A DNA stretch of 64,000 nucleotides from positions 188,522 through 252,521 of the IMG/VR virus record IMGVR_UViG_3300037484_000235. The stretch is one strand, 5' to 3'. Positions within the stretch are counted from its first letter, which is position 1. Each line of letters opens with the position of its first letter. A program made the position numbers and the translations under genes. The notes under the pieces were generated by a model. The model saw only the letters and a list, made by a program, of their open reading frames with translations. It was not told the origin of the DNA and did no database searches. Positions 9,741 to 18,911 of this stretch are shown here, in pieces. The stretch comes from a virus (lineage: Duplodnaviria > Caudoviricetes).

Positions 9741-12329
9741 ATGGCGACAACAGGCGAGTGGGGTGGTCTTCAGGTTCGATTTGACATCCCGGAGATCCGA
9801 GATGCGGTCGATGCTGTCAACTCTGTCTTCGAGATCATCATCGTTGCGCTGGATATTGCCCTGAGCGTTCTGAACATCATCAAGGCGTTCGTTTCCAGCC
9901 TCCTGAATCCCGTCCGGGCAATCATCCAAGAGCTGATTTCGGCCTTGCAGAACTTGCTCTTGGATTTCAGACAGGCCGGATTCTACACCAATGGTGACTG
10001 GAATCTTCTGGGGGACACGACCCGAGAGCAACTCCGTGGGGGTTACGCCGCCTACCAGAATCGGATGCTCACCCGGCTCACGGACCGGACTGACCTCTCT
10101 CGTCCCAACTTCTCCCCTTCTACGACCGTGCTGGCACTGTTCCTCTACACAGGGGCGGACATCTCTTTCGTGGATGGGCTGACCGATTTCAGCAAGCTGA
10201 ACCAAATCAATCAGCTAGTCGAGGGTTTCGCCGGGTTCTTTGGGATTGACGTGGGCGATTCACCACTGCCTATTCCTACAGGGCTCCGGTCGAACTTCGC
10301 TGGTGGGTCGACTAGGATCACGTCGGGGGGTGTCCCTAGTTCATCAATTTCCGACTTGCGTGCCTCTGTCTCCCGGATTGCAGGTCGGACCAGTACAATC
10401 CTCCAATGGGGTCTCGCCCCAAGCCCTGGCAGCGCAAGCACCCAGCCGACCCCCGTGGTGCCACCTGACGGGTTCCTGATCGAACTCTCGGTCTTCGCCC
10501 AGGGTCTGTACGTGGGCTATCTGGCACCGGTCCCCAGCAGCACAGGAGGTGTCGCAGGCGTGCCCAGCGAGGGCAGCACTACGACGCCCGCCACGTACGC
10601 GACCGGCATGTATAAGGAAGCGGACACAGGTAGGCCCCTCCAAGTCTTTGGCGGATTGGACAGCGTGAGTCTGTCTGACGGGGTGCAATGGTCCTCAGCC
10701 TTTGATTCCAACGTGGCACTGATCCCCGGCGCCCGCCCCGCATTCTTCCTCACGGACCTGTCAAGTACCCAGCTCATTCAGACGAATGTCCTACAACCGC
10801 CGCCAGGTGCTCCTGAGGGCCGTTACTACAACCAACGCACGCTCTACGTGCCCCACTCGTCAGTCCTTGCCCAGTCGCTCGTGGGAGGCACCTACAGCTT
10901 TGAGCTGTCTTCGGCAGACTTCCCCTGGCAGACGCCCATCTCTGCGGATGGGGTGCCTGACTTCGAGGGTGCCACACAGGCGACGTCCGTGTACGTTCGA
11001 GTTCTCTCGTGCAGTGACAAGGTGTCGGCGATGAACTCATTCCGATGGAATGTGGTTCCGTTCACGACGCCCGAATCCGCCATGATCTTGCCTTGGAACG
11101 ATTTGGGCGTGGCAGACCGGAGTCAATCGAGTCAGATCATTCCCGTGACATTCCCTACAGCAGAAGCCGACGCCTATCTGGGGGCACTTCAAACGGCGCT
11201 GACTGTGATGCTTCTTTCGCGATCGGATTTGGTGCTACCTAGTGCAGCACTCAATCCGGAACTGGCTCTAGAAGTCACGGGCCAGACAAGCTACACGCCG
11301 ACTGGGTTGGAGACGTTCGCACAGAATCTCCTGCCTGTCTTGGGTGTGGACCCCCAGGACTACTTTTCAAGTGCGGCCACCCCCCAAGCATTTGGCTTGG
11401 ACCTGCGGGCTAAGGTTGGTGTCCTCACGGACTTGATTATCGAGCGCCAGGGGAATCTTCCACAGAATACCCTCCAGGCACTGGCCAACACGTTTACCAG
11501 GCTCACTGAGTGGGAGTGGGCAGACTCCACGGTGGCCGGGGCCAGTGGAAACACCAATCTTGGAGTGACTATCCTGAGCAGCTTGCTTGCGACGGGGCCC
11601 GACGACGACACGGACATGGGGATGTACGTCGCGAAGAACGCTGCGTCCCTCTTCGGGTATCCCACGGCCCCTGGGGCATCTCTGGCCAAGGTCCGGAGTA
11701 GCGGTGTGCTCAACACCTATGACCAGGCTGGATTTGGGTCTGGGATTCCAACCATGCCGGACGCTACTGAGGCAGCCCCGTTCCTCGTAGATCTAGGAGT
11801 ACCTGGACGCAATACCCCGATTCGGGCTTGGTACGCACGCGACCTCATCCCCGCAGAAATCTACACCGCAGCCCAACAGGTACTCAGCCTGGCTGTAGGT
11901 GAGTCTACGGCTGCGGGGGGCTGGATTTCGGTGCGTCCTTTCCAGTCTGTAGGAAACCTGGCAGGGATTCAAAACGTTTCGGCTATCATCCAAAACTACT
12001 TGGAAGCGATTGCAGCAGGTATTCAGGGCGGGGCCGACCTGATCTTGAATTTCATCTCCATGCTTGAACAGCGTGTCAACGAGATTCAGGAACTCATCCG
12101 GCGCATCGACACGTACTTGACTATCCCGCTCTCGATTGAGATTCCGGACGCTGTGGGGCTGGCTCTCGTAGCCAACGGTATGGATGGGGTGGTCTCCGGT
12201 CTTGTGTCGGCGACGAACAAGCCGACGGATGGCCCGGGAGCCTACGCCGGGGGCTTAGTGGTCTTGGGGGGCGGGCTCCCCGCTCTCATCACCGACCTCA
12301 TGCTCTTGCTCATCGCCCCCACACCTTGA
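9741..12329 (+). CDS. Virion structural protein, probable baseplate component (862 aa)
   Basis: Long ORF with amphipathic helical N- and C-termini around a beta-rich core; structural context. Confidence 0.6.
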   Translation: MATTGEWGGLQVRFDIPEIRDAVDAVNSVFEIIIVALDIALSVLNIIKAFVSSLLNPVRAIIQELISALQNLLLDFRQAGFYTNGDWNLLGDTTREQLRGGYAAYQNRMLTRLTDRTDLSRPNFSPSTTVLALFLYTGADISFVDGLTDFSKLNQINQLVEGFAGFFGIDVGDSPLPIPTGLRSNFAGGSTRITSGGVPSSSISDLRASVSRIAGRTSTILQWGLAPSPGSASTQPTPVVPPDGFLIELSVFAQGLYVGYLAPVPSSTGGVAGVPSEGSTTTPATYATGMYKEADTGRPLQVFGGLDSVSLSDGVQWSSAFDSNVALIPGARPAFFLTDLSSTQLIQTNVLQPPPGAPEGRYYNQRTLYVPHSSVLAQSLVGGTYSFELSSADFPWQTPISADGVPDFEGATQATSVYVRVLSCSDKVSAMNSFRWNVVPFTTPESAMILPWNDLGVADRSQSSQIIPVTFPTAEADAYLGALQTALTVMLLSRSDLVLPSAALNPELALEVTGQTSYTPTGLETFAQNLLPVLGVDPQDYFSSAATPQAFGLDLRAKVGVLTDLIIERQGNLPQNTLQALANTFTRLTEWEWADSTVAGASGNTNLGVTILSSLLATGPDDDTDMGMYVAKNAASLFGYPTAPGASLAKVRSSGVLNTYDQAGFGSGIPTMPDATEAAPFLVDLGVPGRNTPIRAWYARDLIPAEIYTAAQQVLSLAVGESTAAGGWISVRPFQSVGNLAGIQNVSAIIQNYLEAIAAGIQGGADLILNFISMLEQRVNEIQELIRRIDTYLTIPLSIEIPDAVGLALVANGMDGVVSGLVSATNKPTDGPGAYAGGLVVLGGGLPALITDLMLLLIAPTP

Positions 12330-12650
12330 GGTAGTCTCCGCCGCCTCGTGCACGCCAGACTCGAACTGGGGGCCGTTGCCCACCTTGCTGGATGCCGTTA
12401 CATCCGCCTCGGACACGAGACGGCAGAGTTCATTGGTGCCCCGTGGCTTGCGGCTGTGGAATCCACCGACGCTGGCGCCATCTGTGCGGCGCTCTGCACG
12501 AGAGGCGATGCGCTTCCATGCGCGTCGAGCGCCTGCTACATGCGTGCTGTTGGAACCGGAGTTAGGGGGTCCGCCCTCCCACGTAGGTCCGTTGTCTTGG
12601 TGATGGCGACCATCACGGCGCATGTTGGTTCGTTGTGACACGGGGCTCAA
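12255..12650 (-). CDS. Possible small basic hypothetical protein
   Basis: TTG start overlaps the stop of the 12647 gene (TTGA); Arg-rich (HVAGARRAWKRIASRAERRT). It overlaps the convergent 9741 gene by 75 nt and competes with + strand ORFs. Confidence 0.4.
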   Translation of the reverse strand: MSPVSQRTNMRRDGRHHQDNGPTWEGGPPNSGSNSTHVAGARRAWKRIASRAERRTDGASVGGFHSRKPRGTNELCRLVSEADVTASSKVGNGPQFESGVHEAAETTSRCGGDEQEHEVGDESGEPAPQDH

Positions 12651-13114
12651 TCTGACTCTTCGGGCTCTTCTGTGTAGATCAGCGCAGCGCCCGGGGGCAT
12701 GGGCTGTACCTGAATCATGGACTTGCCCAGGTAGCTCATAAGAGAGTCATGGTAGTCACATGCGGTGCATCGAACTGTTCCAGAGTATGGCCCAAACAGC
12801 CTCATCATGGATCTCTCAAGAGCGCCTTTGCATCGTGGACAGCTGGATCCCTCGGGGGCAGGAATCCAAGAGATCTCGAAGAACCTTGTGACCTGAAGCG
12901 GTATGGGATTCTTCACAGCCTCAAGTAGGAGTCTGGCTTGCTCGAAGTCTTTATGTGGTTTCATTTGGCACGACCCACCGGTGTTTGTTCTGGTCTTACG
13001 CTCTTCCCTCAGAGCGTAGACCGCAAGGTGCAGAGAAAAGGGCGTGATACGGCCTGAGTAAGCAGCCCGCAGTACAACAGCTTCAAGATTGGAGAGAGGC
13101 TGGGATTGGTTCAT
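12647..13114 (-). CDS. Hypothetical protein with zinc ribbon (155 aa)
   Basis: CPRC...CTAC pair in the C-terminal half. Confidence 0.7.
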   Translation of the reverse strand: MNQSQPLSNLEAVVLRAAYSGRITPFSLHLAVYALREERKTRTNTGGSCQMKPHKDFEQARLLLEAVKNPIPLQVTRFFEISWIPAPEGSSCPRCKGALERSMMRLFGPYSGTVRCTACDYHDSLMSYLGKSMIQVQPMPPGAALIYTEEPEESD

Positions 13115-13157
13115 GAGCCGGACCCTAGTGGACTCGGCTCACACGGTCAAGAAAGCG

Positions 13158-14228
13158 TTATCGATTTGGATCGTAGGGTCTTCCGGATGGATCCGTGATG
13201 TAGAGGTCGTCATCCTCGGCATCTGTAATCCGGAATCCAGGATCTAACCCAAGGTCTTTTTCGACCGAAGCCTGCGTCTCAAGCATCTCCAATGCTTTGT
13301 TGATGGCGCGGGCAGCTGGAGGCATGCGGGAACCGCGCAGGGCGTACATGGACACCCTTCGGAGTAAGTTCGCGAAGGCGATGGCCTCATCCTCTGGGAA
13401 GCCAGAGTTCCGGCTTGCTACGACCAGTTCCTTGGCTGACTCAAGGATTTGGGTGGTGTAGAACGTCGTTCGCGAAGCGCGGCGTTGACCGTGAGGTGAA
13501 CTGTGTTCGTCTAGTTCACGCAGGACTTCCCAGGGTCGCTTGGGTGTCACGCGTGGATCGTGTGCGTCAAGTGCCAAGGCCGCCTTGTAGAGAAGGCTGG
13601 CAGCCCCACGATTGCCGCCGGACTTGGCGTAGGCCGCACAGGTCAAGAGTACCTGGTGGAAGGCTTCGTCAATGTCTTCCGTCGAGCTGCGGGCCCCATG
13701 GTGCGCGTCCAGAAGGTCTTGAACGTTGGCCTTGAGCAGAAGCGCCTTCGACGCCTGATTTGCCCGCTTGGCCACGGACGCCTTCTTGTCGTCCTTCTTG
13801 CCCTCTTCGACCTTCTTTTCGCAGTTGTCTCGCATCCCGCCCTCGGGAAGCTTCTCGCAACCGGCGGTCTTGTCAACATCCTTGGCCTTCTTGTCGCAAA
13901 CAGCGCAACGTCCAGAAGACACGTTTCCGAAGGCTCTCGCCTTTGAGACAGCGGACGGCTTGAACTTCTTGCCGCACAGGGCGACGTTGTTCACGACGTT
14001 GGATCCGTCCTCGAATACTGCGTTCTTGAAGGCGTGGGATTCTCCGTCACGTTGGTTGCCAGGACGCGCCCAGGCAACCTCGATTTTCTCCGGCGTCTCC
14101 CCGTGCATGACGGGTTCCCAGAATGGTGCTACCGCAGCTTCCTTGAGAAGGGGGAGCAAGTCAGCCCGGAGAGCCGGGTTCTGGTGGGCAAGGCGAATGA
14201 GGCGTGAGCGGAGGGCTTGGTCTGACAT
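13158..14228 (-). CDS. Leader-bearing modular protein (356 aa), candidate internal virion protein
   Basis: N-terminus MSDQALRSRLIRLAHQNPALRADLLPLLKEAA is shared with three other genes; SD AAGGTGG precedes the ATG; internal KTAG/KKAS/RRAS junctions. Confidence 0.75.
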   Translation of the reverse strand: MSDQALRSRLIRLAHQNPALRADLLPLLKEAAVAPFWEPVMHGETPEKIEVAWARPGNQRDGESHAFKNAVFEDGSNVVNNVALCGKKFKPSAVSKARAFGNVSSGRCAVCDKKAKDVDKTAGCEKLPEGGMRDNCEKKVEEGKKDDKKASVAKRANQASKALLLKANVQDLLDAHHGARSSTEDIDEAFHQVLLTCAAYAKSGGNRGAASLLYKAALALDAHDPRVTPKRPWEVLRELDEHSSPHGQRRASRTTFYTTQILESAKELVVASRNSGFPEDEAIAFANLLRRVSMYALRGSRMPPAARAINKALEMLETQASVEKDLGLDPGFRITDAEDDDLYITDPSGRPYDPNR

Positions 14229-14239
14229 ACCACCTTGGG

Positions 14240-14283
14240 CCTATCAAACGATTCACGGAATCGTATTTCATCGGTAGAGTCCC
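14240..14283. repeat. Intergenic elements repeated elsewhere: CCTATCAAACG (also 63567-63577); GATTCACGG and CGGTAGAGTCCC (also within 9711-9734)
   Basis: Exact 9-12-nt matches read directly from the sequence, all in divergent intergenic regions. Confidence 0.6.
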
Positions 14284-14311
14284 GGGCCAGCTACTGGCAG
14301 GAGACCCGATC

Positions 14312-14617
14312 ATGACGACAGAAAATACGACGAATGCGGATACCGAGGTCAAGGAAGTCAACAAGCTCTCCCCTGAGGAGGTTGCCCAGCTGACTCAGTT
14401 GCACCGTCAGGCGCAAGAAATTGTGCAACAGATCGGTCAGATTGAAGTCCGCAAGCACCGTATGATGGCTTCTCTCTCCGAGATTGAAGAGCATGCTCAG
14501 GGGATCATGAATGCTGCGGCCTCACGTCTGGGGATCGCTCCTGGCACCGCATGGCAAATGGCCCCGGACGGAACTGTGATCGTTCTGCCGAAGACTCCAG
14601 CAGCTCAGACGCACTAA
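14312..14617 (+). CDS. Small coiled-coil protein (101 aa), possible assembly chaperone
   Basis: SD AGGAG before ATG 14312; long amphipathic helix LTQLHRQAQEIVQQIGQIEVRKHRMMASLSEIE. Confidence 0.75.
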   Translation: MTTENTTNADTEVKEVNKLSPEEVAQLTQLHRQAQEIVQQIGQIEVRKHRMMASLSEIEEHAQGIMNAAASRLGIAPGTAWQMAPDGTVIVLPKTPAAQTH

Positions 14618-14648
14618 CCGAGCTATCATCTAGAGAAGGGGACGCATC

Positions 14649-16037
14649 ATGTGGACCCCCACAACATACCCCTTACCACCAATGAACGTCATGGTGGTCA
14701 GTCCCTTCGAGAGGGGTATGCTCGACGTGCGATGGGATGATCCCTCCCTTCTAGGGGGGAACTCACCATACAACGTCCTTGGGGTCAACGTCTACAGATC
14801 GGATTCGAGTGACAGAGGACCGTTCCGTAGGTTGAATTCCTATCCTGTGGGAGGGACGTTTTTCCGGGATTTCACGGATGTGGCCCTCGTCTCTAACGAG
14901 ATCATCTCTTGGGAGGCTGGGTGGCAATCTCGTGGGGATGCCCCAAACGTTCGACGATGGACTCTGCGGACACGGTACCCCATCTACAAGCCTCGGACTC
15001 AGGGAGTCGAGGCAAATGCACCCGCTGATGTGATCGTCACAATCAACGGCATACCCGCACGCATCCACGAGGTCTTTGGATCCTCTTGTGAGATCACACT
15101 TGGGGACGCTCCGGATATCGATCCGAGACCTGATCGCTTTGCATTTGCCCCACTTCCTACAGGAAGTGGGGATGCTGTCGTCGTCACATACTACACTCTG
15201 AAGAATCTTGTCTCCCCAGGCGTGGACAAGAAGTCGTACTACCGAGTGACAACGGTTGCAGTGGATGCCACACAGCCTGGCGGCCTTGCTGAAACTCCGA
15301 TGAACGTGTCCCAGCCAGCATCTGAGACACAGATTGAGCAGCTTGACTACATCTGGCGTGAGGCCATTAGGCGCAACCACTGGATTCTTCAACAGGGTGG
15401 GGAACGCGTTAGCCTGTTCTGTCAGAAGGTGTCTGGGGTCCCTTGCGAGTGCCGCGCAGAGATAGAGAACCACGTCCGGGTGTACTCAAAACAGCACTCA
15501 AACCGGTGCAAAATCTGTTTCGGCACTGGATTCGTTGGGGGTTTTGAAGGGCCATACAACGTCATCATGGCACCGGATGACGCTGAGAAGCGCATCTCTC
15601 AGTCACTGACTGGCCGTAGAAAGGAACACGCTTACGAGGTGTTCATGACGTTCACCCCCATTGTCTCCCAAAGGGACTTCGTGGTGAAGCAGAACAACGA
15701 TCGCTACTCGATCGGCCCTGTGCGTCGCCCCACAAATCGTGGGAACGTGATGCAGCAGCATTTCACTCTGGGGTACTTGGATTCTGGTGACATTCGGTAT
15801 TCGGTGCCGATCGATGGTTCTTTGGAGTCTCCAAATCTTCCATGGCCACAGACTCGCTACACATACAGTCCACCACGTGAGACGTATGATGCCCGTGAGG
15901 ATGCCCCGTGGCCAGTCACGCCTGATGCAGCGCTGCCAATGGCAACCGATGTGGCACTTGTTCCGGCTCCTGTCCAGCAGAGATACCGAACGGGAACTGG
16001 GGCAAACAACACTGGCAATAAGCCAAATGATCCATAG
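14649..16037 (+). CDS. Neck / head-tail connector-like structural protein (462 aa)
   Basis: N-terminal FN3-like strands (LDVRWD...GVNVYRS...FFRD), CxC...CxxC motif (CECR...CKICFGTG) and a head-closure-like C-terminal part; first gene of the neck operon. Confidence 0.65.
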   Translation: MWTPTTYPLPPMNVMVVSPFERGMLDVRWDDPSLLGGNSPYNVLGVNVYRSDSSDRGPFRRLNSYPVGGTFFRDFTDVALVSNEIISWEAGWQSRGDAPNVRRWTLRTRYPIYKPRTQGVEANAPADVIVTINGIPARIHEVFGSSCEITLGDAPDIDPRPDRFAFAPLPTGSGDAVVVTYYTLKNLVSPGVDKKSYYRVTTVAVDATQPGGLAETPMNVSQPASETQIEQLDYIWREAIRRNHWILQQGGERVSLFCQKVSGVPCECRAEIENHVRVYSKQHSNRCKICFGTGFVGGFEGPYNVIMAPDDAEKRISQSLTGRRKEHAYEVFMTFTPIVSQRDFVVKQNNDRYSIGPVRRPTNRGNVMQQHFTLGYLDSGDIRYSVPIDGSLESPNLPWPQTRYTYSPPRETYDAREDAPWPVTPDAALPMATDVALVPAPVQQRYRTGTGANNTGNKPNDP

Positions 16038-16049
16038 TAGGGGGAACAC

Positions 16050-16604
16050 ATGCCAGATGATGATGAGATCGTACCAGGTCCAATAGAGAACAGGGTAATC
16101 CGTGCCGGCAAGCTCATGGGCGCTGTTACTGGCATCCTTGTGGCTGTTGCAGCTGTGGTGTCTGGCATTTGGCAGGTAGGCAGCATGGTGAGCGATCTGA
16201 AGGACACCAAGACAGATTTGGAGTCCCTCAAGAAGTCGTTCAACGACTATCAAATTGAGGCACGAAAAGAGAACGAGATCCAGAAAGAGATTCTCGTCAA
16301 TCTCAGGATTGCTGTTGCCTCAATACAAACTGTCAATGGCTATCAGACCTCGGGCCACTCAACTATGGCCTCCATGCCTCCCATTTCGGCCTCTCGTATC
16401 CGTCAGGTTCTACCAAGAACATTGGGACCACTAGACGACAATCCTGAGTTTGCGTCTCTGATTCGGTCATTGCCCCCATTGCCCCCGGACCCCACCACAT
16501 CTGCTGTTGGCAATATGGATTCAAGTGACGTAATTCAGCATGAGTCGGATACGGCAGATGTGGCATTGCAGAGAGCTGAGATCCTTCAGGGTAGTCTCCA
16601 GTAA
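16050..16604 (+). CDS. Single-TM coiled-coil membrane protein (184 aa)
   Basis: Hydrophobic LMGAVTGILVAVAAVVSGIWQVG followed by a coiled coil; topology resembles an i-spanin or antiholin, but no partner o-spanin was found. Confidence 0.65.
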   Translation: MPDDDEIVPGPIENRVIRAGKLMGAVTGILVAVAAVVSGIWQVGSMVSDLKDTKTDLESLKKSFNDYQIEARKENEIQKEILVNLRIAVASIQTVNGYQTSGHSTMASMPPISASRIRQVLPRTLGPLDDNPEFASLIRSLPPLPPDPTTSAVGNMDSSDVIQHESDTADVALQRAEILQGSLQ

Positions 16605-17191
16605 TGGCGGGACCACCAAAGCCACCTGTCCAGTTAAAATCCTCTGTCCAGGCTACAAACAAGAAGGCTGCCACTAAGCTGCACAGCGGCCCAAAGCGAG
16701 TCATCCGGAGCCGTTACGTCTCTCCTCTGGAACGACGTGTCGGAGCCGTGCTCGACAAGTCCGATCTTCAGTTTTTCGGGCGCTGCCTCATCAAGTACAT
16801 CAAAGAGGAGGCAGCGAAGGATGCTGCGAAGACGCATCAGGTGCCTGTCACTGAGGAATTTTACAAGTCTTTCACTTACCAGGTGAAAGACAACACCATT
16901 GAGGTGTCTTCAAGTTGGCCGTGGATCGACCTGATTACCTTCGGAACAAGTGGCCCATACCCCATGAAATGGCTCACTCAAGCCAAGGGCGTCTACAAGG
17001 TGCCGTTGCGTGGTGAACATGGTGAACTGCTCATCCGCTCGACACCTCTTACGACGGACAAGGCGTGGATCCACCCTGGTATCTCTCGACATACGTTCAT
17101 CGAACGAGCGTTTCGTCGAGCGCGAGAGGATTGCGTCTCCAAGTTCCTCTCGAAGAACATTGGGAAGATCATGGGTGGGGTCCTCAAATGA
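16604..17191 (+). CDS. Neck / tail-completion protein (HK97 gp10-like, tentative)
   Basis: Basic 195-aa protein with WIHPG...TFIERAF C-terminal motif; coupled in the neck operon. Confidence 0.55.
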   Translation: MAGPPKPPVQLKSSVQATNKKAATKLHSGPKRVIRSRYVSPLERRVGAVLDKSDLQFFGRCLIKYIKEEAAKDAAKTHQVPVTEEFYKSFTYQVKDNTIEVSSSWPWIDLITFGTSGPYPMKWLTQAKGVYKVPLRGEHGELLIRSTPLTTDKAWIHPGISRHTFIERAFRRAREDCVSKFLSKNIGKIMGGVLK

Positions 17192-17820
17192 ACGAAGTCG
17201 AGTTGACTTGTGTTGGGGACACAGCCCACATCCCTGATTTAGGATTGAAGATGGTCCGAGGATCCCAGTCTTTCATCACCCTCACAGCTCTTGCCAACTC
17301 CCGCGATCTGGTTGAGGCTAGGAAATTCGGGCTTGTCACGGTGCGGGTGATCAAGGCTCAGGTAATCAAGAGGGGTTCACCCACCGTGTCAGTCAAACAC
17401 CCCAATAATCGCCAGACGATTTTTCTCCCAGCTTACCAACCGTCAACACCTGTGAATCCACCCCCCAACATTCCGGATCCACGGGACATACCCAATAACC
17501 AGATTGCCGAGTTGATCCGGGAGATTCGTGGTCTTCGGGGGGACATACAAAAACGCCCACAGGAAGTCCTGAGTGGGCAAATGGTAGGGGCCATCTCCGC
17601 AGCTATCCGAGATGCTCTACAGGGTCTCCAACTGGGTGCAATCTCTGGTTCTCAGGTGAGGGGGCCAATTGATCCTGAAGACATGTTCATTCCTAGTGGT
17701 ATCGTTACAGGAGTGAAGGCAGAGATCACAACACTGAATGAGACATCTGAGAGTACCTCTGGCCTGGACGATGCTCACAGCGCCTTGAAGAAGGCTCGAA
17801 GAGATCGCCAGGAACCATGA
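17188..17820 (+). CDS. Hypothetical protein (210 aa), candidate adaptor of the actin-like protein
   Basis: ATGA overlaps at both ends; N-terminal small domain, Pro-rich linker, short coiled coil (IAELIREIRGLRGDI), basic C-terminal helix. Confidence 0.75.
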   Translation: MNEVELTCVGDTAHIPDLGLKMVRGSQSFITLTALANSRDLVEARKFGLVTVRVIKAQVIKRGSPTVSVKHPNNRQTIFLPAYQPSTPVNPPPNIPDPRDIPNNQIAELIREIRGLRGDIQKRPQEVLSGQMVGAISAAIRDALQGLQLGAISGSQVRGPIDPEDMFIPSGIVTGVKAEITTLNETSESTSGLDDAHSALKKARRDRQEP

Positions 17821-18911
17821 CAGATATTGCCGTGACTACGCCTTTGGGCGTTGAGCAAACTGATATACTGACCCTGATGAAGGAGACGCCTGTGGCCAAG
17901 GACGAATCGACAAAGACTCAAGAATCCCGTGGTGTGGGGCTTGATTGCGGAACCATGAATCTAGTTTCTGCGCGCCGTACCCCAAAGGGAATCGAAACCC
18001 GAAGGATGCGGGACGCCTTCCTAGATCTTCCGAGCGAGTCAAAGAAGATGCTCAAGCTCTCTGGGGTGTCCTATGTGGACCGGGGAGATGAGATTCTCAT
18101 CCTCGGAGATGCAGCTCTTGACATGGCCAATGTTTTTGGCAGGGAGGCTCGTCGCCCGCTTTCCGGTGGCCTTGTCTCCGCAACGGAGTCAGATTCCCTG
18201 GAGGTGCTCGGTCTGCTTGTGCAGAACGTCCTGGGGGCACCTAAAGAGAAGGGTGAGCACTGTTACTTCTCTGTCCCGGCGGCTCCGATTGATGTGGTAG
18301 GACGGGATATTGTCTACCACAAGGGAATCTTCGACAGAATCGTGTCCGAGTGTGGGTACACACCGCACTCCGGAAACGAGGCCATGGCCGTGATCTATGC
18401 GGAGTCCGCCAAGGATGGGTTCTCTGGGGTGGCGCTATCTTTCGGGAGTGGAATGTCCAATGTGGCGCTATCGGTCGGGACGATTGAGGGACTCTCCTTT
18501 TCGGTTGGCCGTGGGGGCGACTGGATCGATTCTGGTGCGTCGAAATCTGTGGGGTCCACACAGGCTCGAATGTGTTCCACCAAGGAGAAGGGCTTTGACC
18601 TCAATATCCCGGAAAATCGGGACCAAGAGGCACTGGCCTTCTACTACAAGAACCTGATCGAGTACGTTTTGGATCAGATTGCTCTCCAGTTCAAGACGAT
18701 CGAAGGGAAGTTCTCGCTTCCCAAGCCTATTCCAATCATCGTCTCTGGGGGCACGTCACTTGCTGGAGGGTTCCTGGAGTTCTTCACGAAGGTATTTGAG
18801 AAGAAGCGCAAGAAGTTCCCTATCAATGTGAGTGAGATACGGGCTGCAAGTGACCCACTCAACGCCGTCGCACATGGCCTACTGATTCAGGCACTCCAGG
18901 AGTACGAGTGA
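17817..18911 (+). CDS. Actin-fold (ASKHA) ATPase, MreB/ParM/FtsA-like (364 aa)
   Basis: Phosphate-1 GVGLDCGT, connect-1 NEAMA, phosphate-2 variant SFGSGMSN, GRGGDWID, adenosine IIVSGGTS, connect-2 PLNAVAHG. Confidence 0.88.
   Translation: MTDIAVTTPLGVEQTDILTLMKETPVAKDESTKTQESRGVGLDCGTMNLVSARRTPKGIETRRMRDAFLDLPSESKKMLKLSGVSYVDRGDEILILGDAALDMANVFGREARRPLSGGLVSATESDSLEVLGLLVQNVLGAPKEKGEHCYFSVPAAPIDVVGRDIVYHKGIFDRIVSECGYTPHSGNEAMAVIYAESAKDGFSGVALSFGSGMSNVALSVGTIEGLSFSVGRGGDWIDSGASKSVGSTQARMCSTKEKGFDLNIPENRDQEALAFYYKNLIEYVLDQIALQFKTIEGKFSLPKPIPIIVSGGTSLAGGFLEFFTKVFEKKRKKFPINVSEIRAASDPLNAVAHGLLIQALQEYE

Noticed and set aside
9375-9750. Track ORFs 9375..9686 (+) and 9520..9750 (-), or an ncRNA, filling the 9447-9741 gap
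   Set aside because: The gap is better explained by the coupled 56-aa ORF 9444-9614 plus a divergent promoter region.
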